Source: Laetmonice hystrix (Eukaryota). Taken from it: a DNA stretch of 64,000 nucleotides. Below, piece by piece: positions 11,646 through 23,880 of this stretch; position 1 is the first letter of the stretch; the number at the start of each line of letters is the position of its first letter. A model generated the notes under the pieces. That model saw only the letters and a list, made by a program, of their open reading frames with translations. It was not told where the DNA came from and made no database searches. The stretch covers positions 9,672,001 to 9,736,000 of the forward strand of contig OZ249438.1 of the NCBI GenBank assembly GCA_965235115.1, in the 5' to 3' direction. Both the position numbers and the translations under genes were made by a program.

Positions 11646-14308
11646 CCGGCAACCTCCCCCCCCCCCTCCAATCATCCCGGTGCCACACCCCAACCATATC
11701 ATAGTCTGCCACCAGTCACGTCCTCACCCACAACCATATCCTAGTCCTACACTTCAGGTTACATCCCTACTCCCTCGGCCTCCTACCTCTACCATTCCCC
11801 TCCACCCGTTTTACCCCACCCCCTCCCGCCCTCACTCGCCCCACCTGAATTGCATCAAAATGCGGACAGGTTTTCAAGGGGTTGAACCTAGATCAATATT
11901 TATGTTCAAAACACCCAGAAATTGACGGAGGGGAGCGGCGAGTGAAGGCCTCCCGCACCGGAAGATAGCGGGGCTCGCTGTCCGCTCCCAGATGGGGAGC
12001 GTCCGGGAGCGTCCGCTTCATCACCTCAGGTGTTGAGAGTGACAATAGGAGGCGGGCCCCAGGTGCGACCAATGAGCGCATGCGGCGGTGACCGAGCTCG
12101 CCCGGCCCGGGGTGGGGGGATCTCCGGGCGGGGGGGGGGGGGGGGGTTTCCCGGGCGGGGCGGGCCCCCACCGCCGACAGTTAGAGCTGGGCGGGTCAGG
12201 GCCAGGTTTTCATTAGCCCAATACTAAATATTGTCCTACACGGCTGCCTCTAACGTCGACACAACGTAAACAACCCAAAACTGACCACACGGGTCTCCAA
12301 ACAAATCTAATAATTTCTTCCATCAAAACCACCAAGTAAAAACTCTCTTGTCAACATTACACTGACATATCATTTCCGCCACATTTGGATGTTAATTTAA
12401 TCACAAAACCGAAGATGTTTATAGGCAGTTTGACGGCTCTGTCACAGAAGAGAAAAATTCACCTCAACTAACACCACAAATTAAGCGTAGAAAATGGGAG
12501 GTATTTCCGAGCGCTGTCACGTTTCTGGTGGGTGCTCCAGTAATCTAATGATGGGACATAAACTGTGAAACCGTTTACTCGGGACAGTCAGCAGGAAAAT
12601 GGAGCCAGGATGATTTCATGAATTGTTTGAATCCCATTCGGAACATTGAGCAGATAGGGGGAGACCACGACAGGAGGATTGTAAAAATGTATCCATGCAT
12701 GAAGCTGGGAGGGTGATTGACAGTTATTTCAGATCATTATATATAGTAGAAATGAAGTTGGAGGATGTATAGAGATGTGACTGGCGTTGAGGATTGAGGG
12801 GTGGGGGTGCGTACCCCCACCCCACACTCCGGTTTCATAATCTCCTTTCGCTATAGAATTCGGAAAACATGTTCCATTTTCTACCGGGCGTGGGATGAAC
12901 ACGTTCGGCCTGGCTGGGATCCGAGCTGGAATCGGGAAATTGGAGTCATTATACTGTCAGAGAGAAGTTTGTTCTGTCGATAGACGTGGAGCTCGACTGG
13001 CCTCCCAATGAGCTCGCCATCACTATCAAAGGCAGTCATTTAGATTCTCATTTGTTTTTTTTTAACAAAATGGATTTCTCCCAAATGAGGTGATTGAGCA
13101 GAAAACATGCCTTGTGTATGACTGACAAAGCCTTTCTGTAATATGATGGTAATAAAATATTTTCAAGATTTAATAAAAATTATACAATGTTGCTGCCTCC
13201 ATTTAGACGTATAGAAATGTTATTTAATCCGGAAAATGTATGTTTATTTATGAGAATATTGTTGTGTACATAGGTGGATATCTTTTATATTGTGTTAAAG
13301 CTATCTGCAACAGGGCCGTTCTGGTAAATGGACCTTCCCTGATAAATTTGTGAAAAAATGTGGACTATAGGGACTTGACTTTTGTATATGTAAATGCCGA
13401 TTGATGCAGTAATGGCTGTAACAGAATGGGGAACTGCCAATATCCACTGGGAACATACAGACCCTGGGGCCCTCGCCCCCATGTCAGACCCCCCCCCCCC
13501 CCTTTGCACTTCCTACCCGCGGGCGGGAGGGGGAGATACCTCTACCGCCCGCAGCGGTTGGACGTAATGAACAGAGAATAAATCTATATTCTTGAAGATT
13601 TCCGTTTCACAATAGAGTTTAAGGTCATCTAACGTTTCTATTCCCAGATAGCGTTTGGTCTGAACATTTTCGATCATATATGCAATATGGATATACACAA
13701 CCTTTCTCAGCATAGAATCGCATCTATAGCCGGAGGGCTGAAAATTGAAAATGACTGCAACATGTAAGTTTGGTTGGTTTCACTGGGGTTTTGTATGGAG
13801 CTTGTAATGTTTGAGCTGGAGAATAAACCGTGGCAGATCTATGGTTGATGGTGATGACCCGTTTTGACGTACGTCCTGGGCTGACATTTTAATCAAGGCC
13901 GGCGGAGGGATATTAAACGCCAGGTGACGGCGTTATTTGGCCGTGACAACCACGTGTGGCCCAAAGGGCAGTGGTGACAGCCATCCCGAATTATTTCGAA
14001 TTTCCACGGATCTCAGGTCATTTTTTTTCAAGGAAACGGTATCAAATCTCCTGCATCCCAGACTGCCCCACCCCCGTGGTTTCCGTATCTTCCTTCCGCA
14101 TATCAGTGACAGTTAAAATGATGCCTGTGTAATGTTTGTCTGCATTGGTTCAGAAATCCTTATGTTTCCAAGGATGGCCACAAGCCACATTTACATGTCA
14201 GCTTTACAAGAAGTTGAAAATGCTCAGGATACAGAGAGGAAGTCCAGTAGGGACGTCTAAACCGAGATTGGGAAGTGATTACTAATATGTGGCAGGATTC
14301 ATGGATGT

Positions 14309-14438
14309 NNNNNNNNNNNNNNNNNNNNNNNNNNNNNNNNNNNNNNNNNNNNNNNNNNNNNNNNNNNNNNNNNNNNNNNNNNNNNNNNNNNNNNNNNNNN
14401 NNNNNNNNNNNNNNNNNNNNNNNNNNNNNNNNNNNNNN
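14309..14438. other. Assembly gap (130 N)
   Basis: Run of N. Confidence 1.
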
Positions 14439-14967
14439 AAACATGCCATTGCCACATAAGGAACAATTGATTTCCAGGCCCCGTTTTCCAAACATGACAA
14501 CAATTCGTGGTAATTCATTACCAAGATTGATAGCAGCAGGAATGGGTGAGTCATTGCCGAGGCCAATGGTCAGATAAATGACAAGCCAAAGTGGCCGGTT
14601 GGAATTAGACTTTGAGCGCTGACACTGCGGCAAATGGACACGATGACAAGGGCGGATGTAGCGGGGCCGTGTTCGGAGGGCTGCGATGGAAGTTGAACAT
14701 CAGGTTAACTCGCCCAGAGGTGGACCAGAGCATTAGTCTAATGCAATGGTTAATTACTAAAAGGCTAAATGATGCTAGATAATGGGGTGTGGGCACCGTT
14801 CTCAATCACAACTGTAAACCAAGGAATCGTTGATTGTACATTATACAGAGGGGAAAGTATCCTCGGCCGACAGTTGTTGTTATGTGGAGAGGAGGTGGCG
14901 TCTGCCATATGACAAGATGATCTCAGGAGAGGTTAGCAAGAAATACTTGGTGTTGTCCTTCTAGAGG

Positions 14968-16140
14968 ACAGTTTGTGGTGTCCACAGCAGTGCACTCTCT
15001 TGTGGACAGTTTGTGGCGGCCAGAGCAGTGCACTGTCTTGTGGACAGTTTGTGGCGGCCAGATCAGTGCACTCTCTTGTGGACAGTTTGTGGCGGCCAGA
15101 GCAGTGCACTCTCTTGTGGACAGTTTGTGGTGCCCACAGCAGTGTACTCTCTTGTGGACAGTTTGTGGTGCCCACAGCAGTGCACTCTTTTGTGGACAGT
15201 TTGTGGTGCCCACAGCAGTGCACTCTCTTGTGGACAGTTTGTGGTGCCCACAGCAGTGCACTCTCTTGTGGACAGTTTGTAGTGCCCACAGCAGTGCACT
15301 CTCTTGTGGACAGTTTGTGGTGCCCACAGCAGTGCACTCTCTTGTGGACAGTTTGTGGTGCCCACAGCAGTGCACTCTCTTGTGGACAGTTTGTGGCGTC
15401 CACAGCAGTGCACTCTTTTGTGGACAGTTTGTGGTGCCCACAGCAGTGCACTCTCTTGTGGACAGTTTGTGGTGCCCACAGCAGTGCACTCTCTTGTGGA
15501 CAGTTTGTGGTGCCCACAGCAGTGCACTCTCTTGTGGACAGTTTGTAGTGCCCACAGCAGTGCACTCTCTTGTGGACAGTTTGTGGTGCCCACAGCAGTG
15601 CACTCTCTTGTGGACAGTTTGTGGCGTCCACAGCAGTGCACTCTCTTGTGGACAGTTTGTGGTGCCCACAGCAGTGCACTCTCTTGTGGACAGTTTGTGG
15701 TGCCCACAGCAGTGTACTCTCTTGTGGACAGTTTGTGGTGCCCACAGCAGTGTACTCTCTTGTGGACAGTTTGTGGTGCCCACAGCAGTGTACTCTCTTG
15801 TGGACAGTTTGTGGTGCCCACAGCAGTGTACTCTCTTGTGGACAGTTTGTGGTGCCCACAGCAGTGCACTCTCTTGTGGACAGTTTGTGGTGCCCACAGC
15901 AGTGTACTCTCTTGTGGACAGTTTGTGGTGCCCACAGCAGTGTACTCTCTTGTGGACAGTTTGTGGTGCCCACAGCAGTGTACTCTCTTGTGGACAGTTT
16001 GTGGTGCCCACAACAGTGCACTCGCTCGTGGCAGTTTGTAGTGCCCACAGAAGTGCCCTCTAGTCTCTAGTGAAAGAGTTTGTAGTGCCCTCAGCAGTGC
16101 CCTCTCTAGTGAAACAGTTTGTAGTGCCCGTAGAAGTGCC
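14968..16140. repeat. Minisatellite, 38-bp unit, about 30 copies
   Basis: Unit CAGTTTGTGGTGCCCACAGCAGTGCACTCTCTTGTGGA; both edges degenerate. Confidence 0.97.
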
Positions 16141-16870
16141 CTGTCTAGCTATAAACGGTTAAGGTTTGACGTCCCGAGCAGAGTTTTGTACCTGTGCCAT
16201 GGGAGGCGATGAGTGATGTTTAAAGTGACCGGCAGGTGGCGCGGTTGCGCAGGGAGCAGTCACCGTTTACCCAGTTGGCTCCCAGCCATAGATGGCCAGC
16301 GGCGGAGGAGCTCGGGCAGCCAAGGTCAAAGGTCAGTCTCTGCGAGGTCAGAGGTCAGACTGTCTGAGAGGTGATGCAGCCACTTTGATGCGGTCACCAA
16401 ATATTAGACGTAAAGGACCGACGTATTTTGACGTCGAGTTCGTCTGCTCACAGTCCGCCGGTCTCCGTTGACTTTGACCTGGTACGGTGAGTGAGAAGTC
16501 TGGCGGCAACATGCCAAGATCAGAGGGCGCCTCGGCAGGTCTACAGGAGGAGTCGTAGCGGGTATAGACGAACATTTACGGTATTTGGAGGAAAATCAAG
16601 TGTCTCCTCTAACAACCGGCCTAGAAACTTTGTTTCACTTACAGCCAGGAATGGAAACTTTTATCTAGATCAAAGTCAAGAATGTAAATGTTTCACTGAA
16701 GAGCCAGGAATGGAAACTACGGACCAGAGTCAGGGAAAGAGTCCTTTCATTCAGTTGAGAAATATCTTGTTTTGATGAGAATCACGAATGGAAATCTTTA
16801 ATTGAGTTAACAGCCAGGAGCATAAACGTTTTGTCCAGATTACAGCGAAGAGATAATAATGTTTAGATAC

Positions 16871-17700
16871 TAGGAGTCAATCTGGTACCTGATTGACACA
16901 GAAATAGTCAATCCGTCCCCTGATTGACACAAATATAGGAGTCAATCCGTTACCTGTATATCAGTCAATCCGGTACATTTGATGACATAGAGATAGGAGT
17001 CAAACTGGTACCTGATTGACACGGAGATATGAGTCAATCTGGTACCTGATCGACACGGAGATAGGAGTCAATCTGGTACCTGACTGACACGGAGATAGGA
17101 GTCACTCTGGTACCTGATTGACACGGAGATAGGAGTCAATCTGGTACCTGATTGACGCGGAGATAGGAGTCAATCTGGTACCTGATCGACACGGAGATAG
17201 GAGTCAATCTGGTACCTGATTGACACGGATATAGGAGTCAATCTGGTACCTGATTGACGCGGAGATAGGAGTCAATCTGGTACCTGATCGACACGGAGAT
17301 AGGAGTCAATCTGGTACTTGATTGACACGGATATAGGAGTCAATCTGGTACTGGATTGACACGGAGATAGGAGTCAATCTGGTACCTGATTGACACGGAG
17401 ATAGGAGTCAATCTGGTACCTGATTGACACGGAGATAGGAGTCACTCTGGTACCTGATTGACACGGAGATAGGAGTCAATCTGGTACCTGATTGACACGG
17501 AGATAGGAGTCACTCTGGTACCTGATTGACACGGAGATAGGAGTCAATCTGGTACCTGATTGACACGGAGATAGGAGTCAATCTGGTACCTGATTGACAC
17601 GGAGATAGGAGTCAATCTGGTACCTGATTGACACGTAGATAGGGGTCAATCTGCTACCTGATTGACACGGAGATAGGAGTCACCCATACCTAATTGACAT
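16871..17700. repeat. Minisatellite, 34-bp unit containing a 22-bp near-palindrome
   Basis: Unit ACGGAGATAGGAGTCAATCTGGTACCTGATTGAC. Confidence 0.96.
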
Positions 17701-18560
17701 GGAGGGACTCTGAAGTCTGTATTAGACCCGCTGACCCAGTGTTTACTGTGTGACGCCGTCTAGCGGGGTCAGACGTGGACATTTGGCAGTCGGCACACCT
17801 GGAATGGTGTCAAAGCCAGCTCGGGAATAAATATGGTGAAAAATGCGCCGTTATGGACTGCAGGCAACCCCTGAGGGCTGTGTGTTCTGTGTGCCATGTG
17901 AGGTGGCTGGCCCTAAGCCCCCCGCCCCCTCCCCTTGTTGTAAGGTGACCGACTCCTTGAACTCTGACCTATAACGTCATCCCAACAATGACTGATGTAT
18001 GACGTAACCGTCAACCCTGATCTGTTGTAATGTTACCACATAGTGACGTAGATAACTATAAATTCAATGTTGCCCCTTATACGATAATTGTAACGTTGTC
18101 CCTTATATTGACGTATGCAATTGTAACGTTACCTCTGATATTGACGTTTGTTTTAATTTCGCGATTTTTGCGTTGTCGAAAAAAACCCGCGAAATCAAGA
18201 AACGCCAAATGAACACTCGGAACTGAAGTCACGGTATATGCCATTGCCTAAAGGCCCATTTAAGAAACGCCAATCCAGCTCAAAATGAAACAATCGCGAA
18301 ATTTTAAGCACGTCAAATTAAAGTGATTTACAAGTAATAATATAACATTGCCCCCAATACTGACGTCCCATACCGCCTCACACAACCTTCAGTACCGGGA
18401 TCCCATGCTCCAGTGTGACCCTCGGGTCCTAAGGTCAACCAGTCCCATTGACCTCGTCACATCATGCCCTTTTATTACCTGACTGCTGACCTGACATCAT
18501 GGTGCTAACACAGGTGTGTTCACTAACTGTTGTCCCGTGCTATTGGTGGGGCTCCCTGAC

Positions 18561-18935
18561 GTTCACTGCCAGCCGGGTCCTCACTGTCAGCCAGGCCCTC
18601 ACTGTCAGCCGGGCCCTCACTGTCAGCCGGGCCCTCACTGTCAGCCAGGCCCTCACTGTCAGCCGGGCCCTCACTGTCAGCCGGGCCCTCACTGCCAGCC
18701 GGGCCCTCACTGCCAGCCAGTCCACTCACTGCCAGCCAGGCCCTCACTGCCAGCCAGGCCCTCACTGCCAGCTAGGCCCTCACTGCCAGCCAGGCCCTCA
18801 CTGCCAGCTAGGCCCTCACTGCCAGCTAGGCCCTCACTGCCAGCCAGTCCCTCACTGCCAGCCAGTCCCTCACTGCCAGCCGGGCCCTCACTGCCAGCCG
18901 GGCCCTCACTGCCAGCCAGTCCCTCACTGCCAGCC
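18561..18935. repeat. Minisatellite, 18-bp unit
   Basis: Unit GCCAGCCGGGCCCTCACT and variants. Confidence 0.95.
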
Positions 18936-19604
18936 TGGCACTTATTATCAACCGACCAATGTACATACCCCCAATAATTAATGCCCTGTGTTATTTTCCC
19001 GGTCCACTGACCATGCTGACCATGCTGCATGGCTGTTCCATTGAAATTACCTACTCCCGGCTTAGAAAATTTTGCCCAGGTATGACGCCGAGATAACTGA
19101 GATTCTCCCGTATATATATAGACGTGTGAGGGAATAGGGCCTGCAGAATAAATTTCCCATCGTTTGCCAGCTGTGTTTGGACAAGGAAGGCATCAGGTGT
19201 CACTTAGGGTGTCGGGGTGTGCTTTGATGTCCCCCTGAGTGATTGACCCCGGCTGGGGAGACTGGCCCTCCGTGCCCCCAGTTCTCCTACCTTCCAGGTT
19301 CACAGGTCCGTGTGGATTTAGGCTTCCAGGCACTACCTTACACAGTGCAGTGTCGGTGAACTAAAATGTCATGGAATGTGTATATATTAAGATTTGAGTT
19401 CTAGGAACGGCTTATTGTCCCGTAACTGGGTTGATGTCCCAAATTTGTATTCTGGGTGTTTGGGGTCCCAGGTTGGTGTTCTGGGTTGGTATCCTGGGCA
19501 GGAGTGTTCCATATTTGTATATCATGAGCTCATTCTCACCCTTGCTCAGCTCAGCTCACCCTTGCTCACGGTGGAAAAGTAAACAAAAAAAGCGGGCCCT
19601 GGTT

Positions 19605-20300
19605 ACTGTCCATTATTTCTATCATGAGTTTGTGTCGCAGGTTATTGTCCTGAATTTGTATCATGAGTTGGTGTGTCCCAGGTTTGTATCATGAGTTGGT
19701 ATCCCAGGTTACTGTCCATGATTTGTATCAAGAGCTGGTGTCCCAGGTTATTATCCATGATTTGTATCATGAGTTGGTATCCCAGGTTACTGTCCATGAT
19801 TTGTATCATGAGTTGGTGTGTCCCAGGTTTGTATCATGAGTTGGTGTGTCCCAGTTTTGTATCATGAGTTGGTATCCCAGGTTACTGTCCATGATTTGTA
19901 TCAAGAGCTGGTGTCCCAGGTTATTATCCATGATTTGTATCATGAGTTGGTATCCCAGGTTACTGTCCATGATTTGTATCATGAGTTGGTGTGTCCCAGG
20001 TTTGTATCATGAGTTGGTATCCCAGATTATTGTCCATGATTTGTATCAGGAGTTGGTATCCCAAGTTATTGTCCATGATTTGGATCATGATTTGTCCATG
20101 ATTTGTATCATGAGTTCGTGTGTCCCAGGTTTGTATCATGAGTTGGTATCCCAGGTTACTGTCCCAGGTTTGTATCATGAGTTGGTGTATCCCAGGTTTT
20201 GTATCATGATTTGTATCATGACTGGTGTCCCAGATTTGTATCATGACGGTGTCCCAGGTTTGTATCGTGTCATATATTTATAACCAGGATTGTCCCAGGT
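19605..20300. repeat. Complex nested minisatellite with a 145-bp higher-order duplication
   Basis: Mixed subunits around TTTGTATCATGAGTTGGTATCCCAGGTTACTGTCCATGA; the blocks at 19673 and 19818 are near identical. Confidence 0.92.
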
Positions 20301-22378
20301 TTTTATTGTTGTCCCGGGTTAGTGTCCCATGCATATTGAAGTCACGCCTTCTTCTTTCCATCCCTGCCCAGATTGTGGGTAACTATTGTCGGCGCAGACA
20401 TGAGCTGAGTCGACAGCAGCCGTAATGCCTCCAGTTGGAGGGGCAAGTGTTCAGCTAATTCCATTCCCTGTACATGGGCCTCCGGGGCTCCACCACTGTA
20501 GTCGCGGCCATGAAATATTGATGAAATCCCTACCATTGGAGCGGCTCTGAGCAAACAACCTCCGCCAATATGGGTCTCTGGTTTCAAAGTAGCTGTAATT
20601 TTGAATGCATATCTCTTCGGAAGTTTTCTGCGAACTACTCGAATGTTAATATCACACTGAATCGAATTTCCTGTCGGAATATATGAAAACAGAACATGAG
20701 CCAGCACAGTGTGGGTAGAGGTGGGTGGGTGGGTGGTCGGATGGTGCTGTATCATAATAACTGTACTGACGACAAATTTCCGGGATATAAAACGGGACCA
20801 GGTGTCCATTTGGCTGACTGTCATTGGGAAGTGGGCAGAGCTTGGCTCCTCTTACTGACTTGACTCGAGACATGGGTAATGAGGACTCAACGTGCGTGGT
20901 ATATGTTCGCCGTCGGTATTGACACGAACGGAGAATTTCTTCAGCTGGTCGTTATTAAGGCAACATTCGTAACTTCTTAAATTCCGTTACCTAAGCTCGG
21001 TATCGTTAACAAGGGAACGTTGATTGGACTCCAGTCGCCACACCGGGCGGTTACAAACTTGCGCATGCGCAGTAGCGGTTAGCGGCGTCGGAGACCCTTT
21101 CGGATGATGGAACTTTATCAAAGCGAGGCAAGCTGCCCTGGTCGCCGTAATTTATGGTTACCCTTTGCCTCCTTTCTCCATCGCGACAGCATTCTGCCTT
21201 TATACATGTTTCTATGGCCAGGATTGCCATACGATATGGGGTGAGGCCTTTAGGGAATCGTTGATCAGTTTTAAACAAGGGTTGGATGGCTGGCGTCCCG
21301 GCTCCACAGCCCGGCTGAGAAACAGCGAGAGGACCGTAAACGTGGCTCCACACCAGTCCTTCTCTCTGTCTCATTTTTGCTGCCGGGGGGGGGGGGGGGG
21401 ATATGCCCCTCTCCCACTTTTGCTGGTGGCCTAAAAAGGTCAAAGGTTCCAGAAGTTATAGCCTACCTTTCTGGTCAAACGCATATCGGTGCCCCCCCCC
21501 CCCCCCACATTGAAATAGGTAGCGACGCCCCGGCAAGATTTCCTCTGTACCATTTCTGTCTCATTTTTTATCGACACAAGGTTTCCTCTCTCATTTTGCC
21601 GCCGTTGTCTCATTTTTCATCGATTTATTTCTCTGCCGGAGCTCTCTCATTAAGTTCCCTGACACAGAGTTTCCATGTTGAACCAGGGACTGTCCGTGTG
21701 AGGTTGCCGACGTGACACTGGCCGGTGACAGTGACAGTGACACCTGCCTGCCCGGCCCGTGTCCTCGGCCACAGGAAGCCCCCCACCCTCACCCCCTGAA
21801 CCCCCCACTACCCCCAACATCAGCCGCAGCGCGTGAGGCACCAAACAACTGCTGATTAAAACGAGCCTCATCTTTTGATGTGATCTCTGTCGGATCTAGA
21901 TTGCCATAATTTTGTGACACTGACAGATGACAGGTTGAGATGGTCGCGGGGGGAGGAGGGGGAGGGGGGGGGGGGCAGCCCCCACTTAGCAGCTGCTTTG
22001 CTGATGAACCGGTGGGTTTTATGTTCACCGCTGTGATGTTACACGGGATACTCATAATGGTGGCCCGCTATCGGCGACATCACAAAATGCAAATTGGCGC
22101 TCCCGTAGTTCCCCTTTATTTTGAAATATGACATGGGTAAAAAATCTCAAAACTTATGAGGAGTCAATTTATCAAAGGACTATGTTTTCCTGGGTGAACT
22201 GATGCTTCTACTGTTAAGGGGAGATCCAGATAGACTGGCGTTAGATTTCTAATTACGTTGAGGATTGGATAGTCTTGTGACGATCAGTGTAATCTGATTT
22301 TACAATATGGCGTGCTTCAACCCAATCATAACCATCCCGGTTTGTCATTAAATTCATGTTTTTTTCTCCCCTTTGCAG

Positions 22379-22527
22379 GCTCTTCAGTAACGACTTGATA
22401 AAATTCCACAAGAATCGGGTAAAAATAACCAACATCACAGCTCGAGACAATGGCGTGTACTCGTGTCGGGCTAGTAACAAGGCAGGACGGGTGGAGAGCC
22501 TCGACAACTTTATCCTCAATGTGGAAG
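22379..22527 (+). CDS. PTK7: PTK7/Off-track-like receptor pseudokinase, internal exon (C-terminal half of an Ig domain, probably Ig2)
   Basis: Acceptor tttttttctccccctttgcag ends at 22378; donor gtaagt starts at 22528. Translation LFSNDLIKFHKNRVKITNITARDNGVYSCRASNKAGRVESLDNFILNVE contains the Ig D-x-G-x-Y-x-C motif. The S-x-x-N-F-x-L-x-V end resembles vertebrate PTK7 Ig2 as I recall it (SSQNFTLSI). Phase 2 in, phase 1 out. Confidence 0.9.
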
Positions 22528-23814
22528 GTAAGTCCAACTCTTCATAATCCAAACTGGATCCACCGTTATAGGGGTAACAGTGGGGTGTTCCAACAGGGCC
22601 ATGTTTCACTAAGACTGCCCCTCCACAACTAGGGACATCCCGTCTCAGCCGTCTCAACCAAGTCCTACGGAGCAGTCCCCAGAAATTTTGGAATGGGGGG
22701 GGGGGGGGGGGGGGGCTTTCCAGTGAGGCAACGGAGATCGCCAATGTCCCCAATTTTGGTGTGGACTCCGGCTTGGCACCTTGGCCACACATGCCTATAT
22801 TTGGTATTTCTTTGGCTCGTTCGGTGAGAAGCTGTTTCAATGAAGTCGAACATATAGGAAGTGTTGTTCGTTTTGAGACGTCAGCGTTATCTTATCCAGC
22901 AATCGCAATCAACGAATGGATACTTGGGGAGTGGGCAGGTGTGTGTTTCTTAACGTTCAGACCTACATATTATCCGTTAAAATGTCTATAGTTCGTTGTG
23001 TGGAAATATCACAAGACATTGTAATTATGTAGGATTGTGGGGCCTCTGGGTAGGTACACTGCATGTCGGAATCTAGAAAACAAAACTAAAGGTTTTTACC
23101 AAATGTTTTTTTACGGGAGAAAATCCCCCCTCTGCTAAACCATCTCACTCCCCCATGCACCAAAGCCATCCGTATTCGAGTATTCCAAGGTTCTCATCAT
23201 TACAGTGACGTTTAAACTAAGGTTATTGATTTAAGTGAGTGTTTTTCAGTGTTTAGCTCGAGGATGTAGCGTGAACTGGCTCCACTATCATTTGCATTTT
23301 CACCTACGGCGGTTTTTTATGTCCAGTTCTCATTTGGTTGACTCTGAATACCAGAATAAAAAAGCCGGTTACTATTTTCAACCAAAAGGAATGGAAGGTA
23401 AATTGTATCTGTATGGATGTGATAGGGAGTAGATGGAATAGTTAATGAGAAGTTGGCACTCTATTAGCGACCTCAGATGGATGCTCGTAAACCTGATGTT
23501 TACGAGCAAACAGTGTGCCGTAGACTACCATGAAGGCCCAAGTTCGACTGGGGGTGGCATCTTTGAGGGAATATTTTTATCAACTGGAGAGGGTATGTTC
23601 CCCAGGTTACTAGGGAGGTTGTCAACTGCCCCCATGCCCCCCCCCCCTACTATAGGCGTCATCCTCAGGGGTGTCAGTCAGCTATAGTGTGAGGATAGAA
23701 GTCGTATAAAAGGAGGCAGCGGGTTCTATAATTGCCGAGCTCAGTGAACAGTTAGAAAGTCCTTGGTGGTCGTCCGACAAATAAGGGTCGCAGCAATGTG
23801 GGTTCAGGGTACGG

Positions 23815-23880
23815 GTTTTAAGCTTACGTTTTTGCTTAAGCTTAAGCTGAACGCTTCTGATTGGCTGGTCTAAGCTTAAG
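23815..23880 (-). mobile_element. Fragment of a CTTAAG-rich dispersed repeat (MITE-like)
   Basis: Reverse complement contains ACCAGCCAATCAGAAGCGTT, matching 41452-41471 ACCAGCCAATGAGAAACGTT at 18/20; several CTTAAG/AAGCTT motifs. Confidence 0.55.

Noticed and set aside
12798-12823. Perfect 11-bp GC hairpin as a Helitron 3' end
   Set aside because: No CTRR terminus downstream.
14146-14157. TGG TTC AGA AAT (WFRN) Ig-like motif
   Set aside because: Followed by Pro rather than Gly, with a stop a few codons upstream and no suitable splice sites.
14514-14551. AGG AAT GG|GTGAGT (RNG plus phase-2 donor) as the missing upstream PTK7 exon
   Set aside because: That frame has TAA at 14511, there is no Trp or Cys of an Ig domain and no credible acceptor.
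14923-16070. Several 250-370 aa Cys/His-rich ORFs
   Set aside because: Open in most frames on both strands because the 38-bp unit lacks stops; a repeat artefact.
16871-17700. CRISPR-like palindromic repeats
   Set aside because: The linkers are constant rather than unique spacers, there are no cas genes, and the context is eukaryotic spliced DNA.
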